In this document: piece by piece, positions 10,906-19,609 of the stretch
Position numbering within the stretch: the first letter of the stretch is position 1
Layout of the letters: each line of letters opens with the position of its first letter
NCBI GenBank assembly: GCA_016935635.1
Contig: JAFGQP010000075.1
Span: forward strand, 1 to 39,571
From: Sedimentisphaerales bacterium
GTDB lineage: Bacteria > Planctomycetota > Phycisphaerae > Sedimentisphaerales > Anaerohalosphaeraceae
DNA length: 39,571 nt
Direction of reading: 5' to 3'
Position numbers and translations under genes: made by a program
The notes under the pieces: model-generated
The model's database searches: none
Told to the model about the DNA's origin: nothing
Seen by the model: the letters and a program-made list of their open reading frames with translations, nothing else

Positions 10906-12036
10906 ATGAATTCTATGAAAATTTGTGTTGCAATTATTGTATTGTGGGGGGCGAGTGTATTCGCGGCAGGATTATCGACGTCCCCGGGGGATTATCTGGT
11001 TGCATCAGAACTTCTGGACAAGGCAGGCCTGGAGTCCAGATGGCAGGTCAATCTGCCCATGAAGCCGAATGAAAAAATAGACACCATGTATGTCTATGAC
11101 AATTATCTGTATGTTTTGACCACGCAGAATTTTTTGTTTTCAATCGATCGCAGCACCGGCCATATCCGTTCGCTGCTGCAGTTGGCAGTCCCTGGCCTGC
11201 CGGTTCTCCCGCCCATGCATTTTGACAAAAAAAGCATTTTTCTGGTTGGCCAGGAGATGAAGGTCTTTGATCCGGCTTTTGGCCAGATTCTTGAGACAAT
11301 TACACTGAAGAATCTGGGAGGCAATTATGGAGGAATTGCCAGAAATCAGAAATATGCCTATGTTTGCGGATCGGACAACCGTTTATACGCCTATACGGCG
11401 GACGAAGGCATCCGTGCGTTTATGGTCTCCGCGGATAATGATTCGGCCATCATTTCAGTCATTGCCTCGGAGCTGCAGGTCTGGTTCAGTACGCTGGCAG
11501 GCAATGTGATTGCAATGGATGCGGATTCGGGGCGTAAAGTCTGGCAGTTCAACTTGTCGGGTCCGATGAAAGCACCCCTGGTGCTGGATAAAGGATATAT
11601 CTATGCGGCCGGAATGGATACCAAGCTCTATAAATTAAATTCCATGATCGGAACTCAGGCCTGGGAAAAGCCATTCTTTGCCGGGGATAAAGTGGAAATG
11701 CCGTTGACCGTGGGCCAAAACTGCGTGTATGTATATACCGTCGGCACCGGTATTTATGCGGTGGATAAACAGACCGGCAAGGCCCTCTGGAATCAGCCGC
11801 AGGGATATGCCGTACTTGCCGAACACGGTTCACGGGTCTATGTCTATGTTAAACCGGGTGTTTTGTCGGTCATGGATAACATAGAACACAAAGAGCACCT
11901 TGGCATTAATATTGCCAGGATTAATCGTGTTACGGTGAATATGACTGATTCGTGGGTCTATCTGGGCAGTGACATGGGGCGTATTCTGGCTGCCTGTCCC
12001 TTTGAGCAAAAAAACCAGGCCGCCGAATCGAAGTAA
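10906..12036 (+). CDS. exported PQQ-like beta-propeller repeat protein (BamB-like fold)
   Basis: Signal peptide (VFA-A); repeated AxD-xxTG-xxxW motifs (AMDADSGRKVW, AVDKQTGKALW); GGAG RBS. Confidence 0.85.
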   Translation: MNSMKICVAIIVLWGASVFAAGLSTSPGDYLVASELLDKAGLESRWQVNLPMKPNEKIDTMYVYDNYLYVLTTQNFLFSIDRSTGHIRSLLQLAVPGLPVLPPMHFDKKSIFLVGQEMKVFDPAFGQILETITLKNLGGNYGGIARNQKYAYVCGSDNRLYAYTADEGIRAFMVSADNDSAIISVIASELQVWFSTLAGNVIAMDADSGRKVWQFNLSGPMKAPLVLDKGYIYAAGMDTKLYKLNSMIGTQAWEKPFFAGDKVEMPLTVGQNCVYVYTVGTGIYAVDKQTGKALWNQPQGYAVLAEHGSRVYVYVKPGVLSVMDNIEHKEHLGINIARINRVTVNMTDSWVYLGSDMGRILAACPFEQKNQAAESK

Positions 12037-12077
12037 GGATTGCATTTTGACAGCTTTTGAAACGAAAGTCATGAATC

Positions 12078-13691
12078 ATGGATGTACAAATTAAGCGAGC
12101 GTTAATCAGTGTTTCCGATAAAACAGGTGTGGTTGATTTTGCCCGACACCTGGCTGCAATGGGAGTGACTCTCATCAGCACAGGCGGGACTGCCAAAGCC
12201 CTGTCTGAGGCGGGACTGACCGTTCTGGGCGTGGAGTCGGTGACTGGTTTTCCGGAGATGATGGACGGCCGCGTCAAAACACTGCATCCAAAAATACATG
12301 GCGGACTTCTGGCCCTGCGTGACAAATCCGACCATGCGGCGGCCCTGAAGCAGCATCAGATTGAGCCGATTGACCTGGTATGTGTGAATTTGTATCCTTT
12401 CGAACAGACGATAGCCAAAGCCAATTGTTCGTTCGAGGATGCCATTGAGAATATCGATATCGGCGGGCCGAGCATGGTTCGTTCTGCGGCCAAGAATCAC
12501 CTGTATGTCACGATTGTTACGCATTCATCGCAGTATCAGATGGTGCTGGATGAAATGAAGTCCAGAAATGGCTGCACCAGCCTTGCATTGCGCAAGCAGT
12601 GTGCCCGCAAGGCGTTTGCCCTGACGGCCTCGTATGATGCAGCGATATCCAGATATCTTAATGAACAGGTCGGCGAGGTCTTCCCCGACAGGCTCAGTAT
12701 CTCCCTGCGGAAAGACCAGGAACTTCGCTATGGCGAAAATCCGCATCAGAAGGGGGCGTTCTACCGCCTGTCCGATGCCAAAGAAGTCAGTGTCGGCACC
12801 GCCCGGCTGCTGGATGGGGCAACGACCCCCATCAGCTTTAACAACCTGATGGATGCCAATGCGGCGTTTGAACTGGTCAAGGAATTCGAAGAACCGGCTG
12901 CTGTGGTGGTTAAGCATATGAATCCCTGCGGATGTTCTGTGGATGCCGATATTACCAGGGCCTATGAGCGGGCTTATCTGGGGGATGTCGTCAGTGCCTT
13001 TGGCGGCATTATTGCCCTCAATCGAAATGTCGACAAGGAAATCGCGACAGTGATTATGGAATCCTATGCACGCTTTGGTAAAGCCAAAGGGGCTGCCGGT
13101 TTCTTTGCCGAAGTCATTGTGGCGCCGTCCTATGACGACGATGCGATTCAAACCATTCGGACGCTCAAAGAGTGGGGCCAGCGGGTTCGCCTGCTCCAAA
13201 CCGGTCCGATTGACCGCAAGGTGGTAGATGCCCGCCAGTATGATGTCCGCTGTATCGTGGGCGGTCTGCTGGTGCAGGAACGCGATCTCGTCGGCTGGCA
13301 GGCGGAAAAACTGACATTCCCCACGCAGGTTAAACCCACCCCGCAGCAGATGGAAGATTTGCGTATTGCCTGGCTGGTGGCCAAGCATGTCAAGAGCAAT
13401 ACGATTACCCTGGTCAATAACAAATGCCTCGTCGGCGTTGGTGCCGGCCAGATGAATCGCGTGGAATCGGGCATGCTTGCAGTCAAGCAGGCTGGTCAGA
13501 TGGCCAAAGGCGCCGCCATGGGTTCGGATGCCTTCTTCCCCTTCCCGGACAATGTCGAAAACGCGGCCAGGGCGGGAATCGCCTGCGTGATTCAGCCTGG
13601 CGGCTCAAAGAAAGATGACGACGTCATCGCCTGTGCAGACAAACACGGCATTGCGATGGTATTTACCGGCGTGCGTCATTTTTATCATTAA
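12078..13691 (+). CDS. purH: bifunctional AICAR formyltransferase/IMP cyclohydrolase
   Basis: ALISVSDK, GRVKTLHP, IDIGGPS, LRYGENPHQ, SDAFFPF, GVRHFYH. Confidence 0.98.
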   Translation: MDVQIKRALISVSDKTGVVDFARHLAAMGVTLISTGGTAKALSEAGLTVLGVESVTGFPEMMDGRVKTLHPKIHGGLLALRDKSDHAAALKQHQIEPIDLVCVNLYPFEQTIAKANCSFEDAIENIDIGGPSMVRSAAKNHLYVTIVTHSSQYQMVLDEMKSRNGCTSLALRKQCARKAFALTASYDAAISRYLNEQVGEVFPDRLSISLRKDQELRYGENPHQKGAFYRLSDAKEVSVGTARLLDGATTPISFNNLMDANAAFELVKEFEEPAAVVVKHMNPCGCSVDADITRAYERAYLGDVVSAFGGIIALNRNVDKEIATVIMESYARFGKAKGAAGFFAEVIVAPSYDDDAIQTIRTLKEWGQRVRLLQTGPIDRKVVDARQYDVRCIVGGLLVQERDLVGWQAEKLTFPTQVKPTPQQMEDLRIAWLVAKHVKSNTITLVNNKCLVGVGAGQMNRVESGMLAVKQAGQMAKGAAMGSDAFFPFPDNVENAARAGIACVIQPGGSKKDDDVIACADKHGIAMVFTGVRHFYH

Positions 13692-14785
13692 TACGTTTGA
13701 ATCGCGTCCAGTTCGAGTTCAAACAGTAAATCATCCCGGCAGATATCGCATTCCAGCTTGATATGCGGCAGGGAGGTGTCATGCCTCCGGAGCCATTCGT
13801 CAAACAGCGGATAGTCTTTTCTGTATTTGAAATACGCAATAGCCCTGACCGTATGCGTCCACCCCATCCCGACATGCTGTAAAATTGCCTCGACGACTTT
13901 CATGGTGTGGTCGATTTGGCCAGGCGTATCGCCGAGAAAAATCGTCTTGCCGTCCGGGTCAATACTGGCTGTTCCGGAAATATACAATCGTTTTTGCTCG
14001 GGGGTTGCAATCTCCATGGCCCGGCTGAACGAAGAACGGTATTGTGTGGCCGGGCATTGCAGGGGGGATTCCACCGGCCTGATTTGAGCGGAACCGTTCT
14101 TGGACACAGCCGCCAGCAATTCCGTCTCAATCGCATAATCCAGAGGATTGGACAAGCTGACGCCGGTGCTGGCCGGTATGCGGCGATTGAACACATCCTT
14201 TTCAGTAAAGAAGCGATCCCGTGCCCGATTCAGCTTGTCGTACCAGGATAAAATGTCATGAGCATACAGCCATGTTCTGGCCGTGGAATGAAAATCAAGC
14301 CCCATAGTTTTTAACATGGTATCCATTTTCTGAAACACCGAATAAGTCTGTGTCTGATTGTCTGCCTGCCTGTCGTCCGGAAAAAGACGCAGTTGATAAT
14401 ACCGAACATGGTCATCTTCGAAGATGCATCCCGCCGGCGAATGGCCGTTTTGTATTACCCGGATTGGAAAGCCAGACAAGGCGTGAAGCTGAATAATGAA
14501 TAGGGGACAATTGTTTTCGGGGTACTGGGTAAACCAGGTAATCGGGCACGTCAATTCCGGCACGTCGTTTTTGAGAGCCAGGGCCGTTCTGGTTTGCCTG
14601 TCTTTGGGAATTGCAACACGGCAGGTTATGCTGCCAGCCTGATTGGCCTTCAAAAAGTCGGATATCTGTTTTAAAATGTCAGTCTGCTCTGAATCCGAAT
14701 AGCCTTGTGAGCTGATAAAAAACTCCCGGCCTGAACGATGCGGCACAGTGATCACATCAATACGAGACAGCTTTGTAAATTCCAT
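13688..14785 (-). CDS. tandem Rid (YjgF/L-PSP)-fold protein, FkbO/Hyg5 chorismatase-like
   Basis: ARTWLY, PASTG, SSFSRA, LYISGTASI, ICRDDLLFELE motifs; ATG 14785 has a GGGG RBS (the ORF extends to 14815). Confidence 0.75.
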   Translation of the reverse strand: MEFTKLSRIDVITVPHRSGREFFISSQGYSDSEQTDILKQISDFLKANQAGSITCRVAIPKDRQTRTALALKNDVPELTCPITWFTQYPENNCPLFIIQLHALSGFPIRVIQNGHSPAGCIFEDDHVRYYQLRLFPDDRQADNQTQTYSVFQKMDTMLKTMGLDFHSTARTWLYAHDILSWYDKLNRARDRFFTEKDVFNRRIPASTGVSLSNPLDYAIETELLAAVSKNGSAQIRPVESPLQCPATQYRSSFSRAMEIATPEQKRLYISGTASIDPDGKTIFLGDTPGQIDHTMKVVEAILQHVGMGWTHTVRAIAYFKYRKDYPLFDEWLRRHDTSLPHIKLECDICRDDLLFELELDAIQTY

Positions 14786-15018
14786 AAATACCCCAGAATG
14801 TCTATATTTATACATTGCGACTGTTTTTATCTTTTAATCTTATTGACGTTGTAATGCGTCATCTCTCTACATTAAAATAAAAAAAACAGAAAATTAAAAT
14901 TGCCATTGGCATAATAGACATGCAAGGTCTGTATTGTTTAACATGGAGAAATGAAAAATGCATAACTTGGTGAAAATGTAAATGAAATGCAGGTGTATTG
15001 GATTACACTCAAAAAAAT

Positions 15019-15046
15019 TAAAGTTTTTTTTGTAGGTTTTCGATAA
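15019..15046 (+). promoter_or_regulatory. sigma28/FliA-like promoter candidate
   Basis: TAAAGTTT...TTCGATAA (TAAA-16 nt-TTCGATAA) versus consensus TAAA-N15-GCCGATAA; no CDS downstream on this strand. Confidence 0.35.
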
Positions 15047-15052
15047 TTGTGT

Positions 15053-15155
15053 AGTGGATTTTTACGAAAAGTTAATATAAAATACATATAAGCTATTTTA
15101 AGCTTTTCATCACCCTCCTCCGAAGCCAGATTCCATTATGGAGTCTGGCTTTTTT
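15053..15155 (+). ncRNA. candidate small RNA with anti-SD motif
   Basis: Promoter-like motif upstream, CCCTCCTCC at 15113-15121 and a + strand intrinsic terminator, with no ORF between; 5' end estimated. Confidence 0.35.
15123..15155 (+). terminator. intrinsic terminator
   Basis: AAGCCAGATTCCA-TTA-TGGAGTCTGGCTT with T-tract to 15155; may also stop the convergent pilin-like transcript. Confidence 0.75.
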
Positions 15156-15184
15156 GTTTGGATAGCGAACAAGCCAATCGCTTT

Positions 15185-15502
15185 TTAAGGATGAGAACAG
15201 ACCACACTGTGATCGGATTTAAGAATATATGTCCCCCCGAGAGGACATTTGGGTGCTCCGGCAGGGAAAAATTCTTTATTGTTCAATAGGTCAGCCATCG
15301 ATTCAGGGTAGCATCCTTTTTCTGAACTGTACAGTTCCACGGCGGAATTTAACAATTCGATGTTGGATTTGCAGACGGCTTCGCGGTCCAGTGTGGCGCT
15401 GTGTGACATCCGGGGCATGGAAATCGATGCTAAAGCGCCAATGATTAAGAGCATAATCAGAACTTCCGCTGCCGTCATTCGTTTTGTCTTAAAGTCGGAC
15501 AT
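15185..15502 (-). CDS. type IV pilin/pseudopilin-like protein (GspG/ComGC-like)
   Basis: Basic leader then MTAAEVLIMLLIIGALASISMP (E+5, P22), C..N....NSAVELY....GCYP and KCPLGGTY motifs; AGGA RBS. Confidence 0.85.
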   Translation of the reverse strand: MSDFKTKRMTAAEVLIMLLIIGALASISMPRMSHSATLDREAVCKSNIELLNSAVELYSSEKGCYPESMADLLNNKEFFPAGAPKCPLGGTYILKSDHSVVCSHP

Positions 15503-15543
15503 AAGTTTATCCTGCTAATAATAAAATAATCTGTTTGTCTATT

Positions 15544-15570
15544 GAATCGGCAAATGATGTAAACCAGTTA
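15544..15570 (-). promoter_or_regulatory. sigma28/FliA-like promoter candidate for the pilin-like gene
   Basis: Minus strand TAAC-15 nt-GCCGATTC, ~40 nt upstream of the start. Confidence 0.4.
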
Positions 15571-15684
15571 ATTAATTCTTCCAGAGATTAAATCAGCGAT
15601 GGTTTTTATGGCTATTATTATCGGACGACGGAGTCAACACAGACGCTTCTGCCCGGCCAAAAATCGATTTTGTTTACTCTTCGA

Positions 15685-15712
15685 TAAAGAAAGCATACTA
15701 AACATTCGATAT
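15685..15712 (+). promoter_or_regulatory. sigma28/FliA-like promoter candidate for the histidine kinase
   Basis: TAAAG-15 nt-TTCGATAT, same spacing as the 15019 motif. Confidence 0.3.
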
Positions 15713-15772
15713 CAAAGGGTGAAAACAATCATGGAAACAGAAGCAAACCATTCAATAATTAAGGAATTCGCT

Positions 15773-16507
15773 ATGAGCGAGGTACAATTGCTTGAATCTA
15801 TCGAGCAATCCGCACAGATGGATGAAAAAGACAGGCATTATGCTCAGGCAGGCAAGGCTCTGCGTGAGTTGTCCCATGCCCTGAAAAATATCCTCCAGAT
15901 GGTCGGAGGAGCGGCAGAGGTAATTGATTACGCATTTCAGTTAAAGCAGATGGATAAGGTCGAGAAAAGCTGGCCGATTCTCAGTCAGAATGTCAAACGC
16001 ATGAAAAAAAATCTGATGGACATTCTTGATTATACCAAAAAGCAGAATCTCGAAAAATGTCCCTGCAATTTAAACGAAGAACTCAAGCGGGTACTGAATT
16101 CGCTGAAAGCTATCGGCCAGGTCAAAAAATTCAAATTGCAGGCCCAGTTGGATTCGGCGTTGCCCGAGGTAAACATCGATCCGGAACGAATTGGATTGAT
16201 GACCTTGAACATGCTGCTTAATGCGATTGACCAGGTTCCCGAAGAGGCGGGTGTGGTTACGATTCAAACCCGATATATCGCATCCGAAAACCAGTTTAAA
16301 ATCTGCGTCTCAGACAATGGTGAGCCTTATACACCGGAGTTTCAGAAGCAACTATTTACGCCCCATGAAACCCACAAACAGCGGTTCAGCACCGGTATTG
16401 GAATGATGCTGGCACAGCAAATAGCCGTACAGCATGAAGGAAAAATTAAAGTGCATTGTACAGCAGGCCAAAACAGTCTCTCGGCAATCTTTCCAATAAA
16501 AGTATGA
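15773..16507 (+). CDS. cytoplasmic sensor-less histidine kinase-like protein (HisKA + HATPase)
   Basis: H box ELSHALKNIL, N box NMLLNAID, DNG, LFTP, TGIG; ATG 15773 follows an AAGGA RBS (15731 is an alternative start). Confidence 0.8.
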   Translation: MSEVQLLESIEQSAQMDEKDRHYAQAGKALRELSHALKNILQMVGGAAEVIDYAFQLKQMDKVEKSWPILSQNVKRMKKNLMDILDYTKKQNLEKCPCNLNEELKRVLNSLKAIGQVKKFKLQAQLDSALPEVNIDPERIGLMTLNMLLNAIDQVPEEAGVVTIQTRYIASENQFKICVSDNGEPYTPEFQKQLFTPHETHKQRFSTGIGMMLAQQIAVQHEGKIKVHCTAGQNSLSAIFPIKV

Positions 16508-16534
16508 TAATCAGCATTAGAAATAAACCATAAC

Positions 16535-16561
16535 AAGGGATGCTCCGGCATCCCTTTTTTT
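16535..16561 (+). terminator. intrinsic terminator after the kinase gene
   Basis: AAGGGATGC-TCCG-GCATCCCTT plus T-run. Confidence 0.8.
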
Positions 16562-16562
16562 A

Positions 16563-16591
16563 TTGACATCTCAAAATGTGGGGAGTATAAA
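16563..16591 (+). promoter_or_regulatory. sigma70 promoter of the IclR/kdu operon
   Basis: TTGACA-17 nt-TATAAA. Confidence 0.7.
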
Positions 16592-16627
16592 GTTCCATAT
16601 AAGAAAAATAGGTTTCATATATGGAAC
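16592..16627. promoter_or_regulatory. tandem palindromic operator candidates (probably for the IclR regulator)
   Basis: GTTCCATATAAGAAAA (16592-16607) and near-perfect palindrome GTTTCATATATGGAAC (16612-16627), starts 20 bp apart. Confidence 0.55.
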
Positions 16628-17364
16628 AATATCTAACTCCTAACTTGGTCAAAGCATTGGATGTGCTTCGCCTTCTTGCCAAAAATGAGCAGGGGCTAAG
16701 CTCTTCTGCCCTCGAAAAGCATCTTTCTATTCCGAGAACGACAGCATTCCGCATTCTTAAGACCTTATGTCATGCCGACATGATACAAAAGCGGGGAAAT
16801 TTGTATTTTGCCGGACCGGTGCTGTTTGAGATTGGATTGCTTGCCATCAGCAAGCTCAATTTACGCGAACGAGCTGTTCCGATTCTGCAGGAGCTGACAC
16901 GCCAGACCAGTCAGACATCGCATTTAGCTATTCCGAGCGGCTGGCATTCCCTGATTCTGGAGGTCTGTGACAGTCCCAGCCCTATACGCGTCGCCTCGCG
17001 TTCAGGAACTCTGGCGGATCTGCATTGCTCCGCGACGGGGAAAATCTTTCTGAGCTATTTGTACGCGGAACGAATTGATGAATTCTGCGATGCAATTCAT
17101 CCGGCCAGACGCACACCGAAAACGCTCATTGCGCCCGAACTGCTCAAGCAGACGGTCGGCCAGGTTCGTCGGGATGGGTACGCGCTGGATGATGAGGAAT
17201 ATCACAATGGAGTTCGCTGCATGGCGGCCCCGGTGTTTGATATGCAGGGTGTACTGCTCGCCGCGGTGGGGATTACCGGGCCTGCCGGCAGCATCAATCA
17301 GGATAAAGTGGATGTGGTGAAAGCTGCAGCAGAACAATTATCGCGCTCTCTTGGGAAACGTTAA
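16621..17364 (+). CDS. IclR-family transcriptional regulator (KdgR-like by context)
   Basis: N-terminal HTH (KALDVL...PRTTAFRILKTL); effector domain HCSATGK, GYALDDEE, GVRCMAAPV. Confidence 0.93.
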   Translation: MEQYLTPNLVKALDVLRLLAKNEQGLSSSALEKHLSIPRTTAFRILKTLCHADMIQKRGNLYFAGPVLFEIGLLAISKLNLRERAVPILQELTRQTSQTSHLAIPSGWHSLILEVCDSPSPIRVASRSGTLADLHCSATGKIFLSYLYAERIDEFCDAIHPARRTPKTLIAPELLKQTVGQVRRDGYALDDEEYHNGVRCMAAPVFDMQGVLLAAVGITGPAGSINQDKVDVVKAAAEQLSRSLGKR

Positions 17365-17385
17365 CCTATACATTGGAGGTATCTT

Positions 17386-19596
17386 ATGAAAAGAATGGTT
17401 GTACTAATGACACTGGTACTGCTGGTAACAGGGTGTACAAAGGCCAGCACAAAGGTAGTTTTGCCGGCACAGGCCCAGCCGCAGGCGATCAAAGACGTGA
17501 TGGCCAGGGTTGCGGACTGGCAGATTGCCAATCCCAGCAAACATCATCCCGCCGACTGGACGCATGGCGCGTTGTATTCGGGCTTTACAGCCTGGGCGAT
17601 GATGGCCGAAGATGCCAAATATATGGAATGGCTCAAGAGCACCGGCCAGAAGCTGGATTGGCAGCCGCATAAGCGCGTCTATCATGCCGACGACCATTGT
17701 GTCGGCTGGATGTATCTGGAGTTGTACAACCTGTATAAAGACCCGCAGATGCTCAAGGGGATGAAGGACCGGTTTGATCACATCCTGGCCAATCCTTCGG
17801 ATGTAACGCTCAAAACCGGCCAGCAGAAAGGCAAAGATCGCTGGTGGTGGTGCGATGCCCTGTTTATGGCGCCGCCGGTCTGGACGCAGCTTAGCGCGAT
17901 TACAGGTGACTCCCGCTACATCGACTTCATGAACAAGGAGTGGTGGGCAACGACCGACTATCTTTATGACAAAGACGAACACCTGTATTTCCGTGATGAT
18001 AATTATTTTGCCAAACGCGAAGCCAATGGACAGAAGATTTTCTGGTCACGGGGCAATGGCTGGGTATTTGGCGGCTTGGCCAGGGTGCTGGAATACATGC
18101 CGCAGGATTATCCGGACCGACCCAAATATGTCAAGCTGTATAAAGAAATGGCGGCGCGTCTGATTGCCATTCAGCAGCCGGATGGATTCTGGCATTCCAG
18201 CCTGCTGGACCCGGCCAGCTACCCAGTGCCGGAAACCAGCGGTACGGGCTTTTATTGCTATGGACTGGCCTGGGGCATCAACCGCGGCATCCTTGATGAA
18301 AAGACCTATCTGCCGCCGGTGCTGAAGGCCTGGCAGGGGCTTCTAAGCTGCGTCAAGCCGGATGGAAAACTGGGTTATGTTCAGCAGATTGGTGCCGACC
18401 CCCGAAAGACCTCTGCGGACGAGACCGAAGTGTATGGCGTCGGGGCGTTTCTCTATGCCGGCAGCGAGCTCTATAAAATTGCGGTTCGCAACGGGATCCA
18501 GACTGCCTCTGTCCGCCTGACCAATCCTACGGCACAGTTCCGGGATTATGAGACTATCAGCCTGACCTGGTCGGATGTGCTGAAGAAAAATCGTTCCGTT
18601 ACCGCTGACAATGCAGCCGTCTTTGATTTGAAGACCAATCAATTCGTTGTGACGCAAACCGTGGACAGCAATGCCGACGGCAAGCCGGATGAACTGCTGT
18701 TCCAGTTGCATCTGGCCCCGGGTCAGCAGAAGGAATTCTGGCTTATGCCGCTGCCGGAAGGATTCACCAAGCCGCAGACGCAGGAAATCACCTACGGGCG
18801 ATTTGTGCCGGAACGCTATGGCGATTTTACCTGGGAAAACGACCGCATTGCCTTCCGCGTGTACAGCAAGGCCCTGGAATGGGAAACCGTCAGCCCGGGT
18901 ATTGATGTCTGGGTCAAGAAGGTCCGTACTCCGATGATTGAGCATTTATATAAGGATATCAAAGAAAAGAAATCGTATCATACCGACAATGGCGAAGGCC
19001 TGGATTGCTACAAGGTCGGTCCGACACTGGGCTGCGGCGGTCTGGGGATTCTGGCCGGCGACAAACTCATAATGTCCCGCAATTTTGTTGACTCAAAAAC
19101 CATCGCCAACGGTCCTATCCGCACGATGTTTGAATTGACCTATGACGCATGGGATGCCGGCGGAGTCAGCGTCAGTGAAGTTAAACGCATCAGCATCGAC
19201 AAAGGCTCCAATCTCAACCGGATTGAAAGCTGGATGACCTGTAAAAGTCGCAAGCCGCTGGCTCTGGCCGCAGGCATCGTAACTCGCGGCGGGCAGGAGA
19301 CCAAGACCCTCAAGTCTGACGAGAACTGGATTTCATATTGGTTTGCACCGGATGAAAAAAACGGTATGACCGGCTGCGGCATCGTCTTTGCCCCCGATAC
19401 GGATGCTCAACTTAAAGAGCAAAACAGTCATCTGCTCGGGATTGTCAACCAATCCTGCGGCAAACCGCTTGTGTATTATACCGGTGCCTGCTGGGATCGG
19501 GGGTTGGATTTCAGGACGGTCGAAGACTGGCAGGCCTATCTGTCGGCCTATGCCGCTAAACTGGCCAATCCGATTCATGTAACATTAACGAAGTAA
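17386..19596 (+). CDS. lipoprotein: GH105/GH88-type unsaturated uronyl hydrolase fused to a DUF4861-like domain
   Basis: Lipobox VTG-C; HADD, WWWCDALFM, FWSRGNGW, ETSG motifs; C-terminal RFVPER..DF.WENDRIAFRVY characteristic of DUF4861. Confidence 0.85.
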   Translation: MKRMVVLMTLVLLVTGCTKASTKVVLPAQAQPQAIKDVMARVADWQIANPSKHHPADWTHGALYSGFTAWAMMAEDAKYMEWLKSTGQKLDWQPHKRVYHADDHCVGWMYLELYNLYKDPQMLKGMKDRFDHILANPSDVTLKTGQQKGKDRWWWCDALFMAPPVWTQLSAITGDSRYIDFMNKEWWATTDYLYDKDEHLYFRDDNYFAKREANGQKIFWSRGNGWVFGGLARVLEYMPQDYPDRPKYVKLYKEMAARLIAIQQPDGFWHSSLLDPASYPVPETSGTGFYCYGLAWGINRGILDEKTYLPPVLKAWQGLLSCVKPDGKLGYVQQIGADPRKTSADETEVYGVGAFLYAGSELYKIAVRNGIQTASVRLTNPTAQFRDYETISLTWSDVLKKNRSVTADNAAVFDLKTNQFVVTQTVDSNADGKPDELLFQLHLAPGQQKEFWLMPLPEGFTKPQTQEITYGRFVPERYGDFTWENDRIAFRVYSKALEWETVSPGIDVWVKKVRTPMIEHLYKDIKEKKSYHTDNGEGLDCYKVGPTLGCGGLGILAGDKLIMSRNFVDSKTIANGPIRTMFELTYDAWDAGGVSVSEVKRISIDKGSNLNRIESWMTCKSRKPLALAAGIVTRGGQETKTLKSDENWISYWFAPDEKNGMTGCGIVFAPDTDAQLKEQNSHLLGIVNQSCGKPLVYYTGACWDRGLDFRTVEDWQAYLSAYAAKLANPIHVTLTK

Positions 19597-19609
19597 GGAA
19601 GTGTGAATT

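Noticed and set aside
14907-14924. sigma54 promoter (TGGCA...TGC)
   Set aside because: The GG-to-GC spacing is 2 nt too long for a -24/-12 element
15599-15772. N-terminal extension of the kinase given in the ORF track
   Set aside because: No RBS at 15599, implausible sequence, and it overlaps promoter-like motifs; a better start is at 15773
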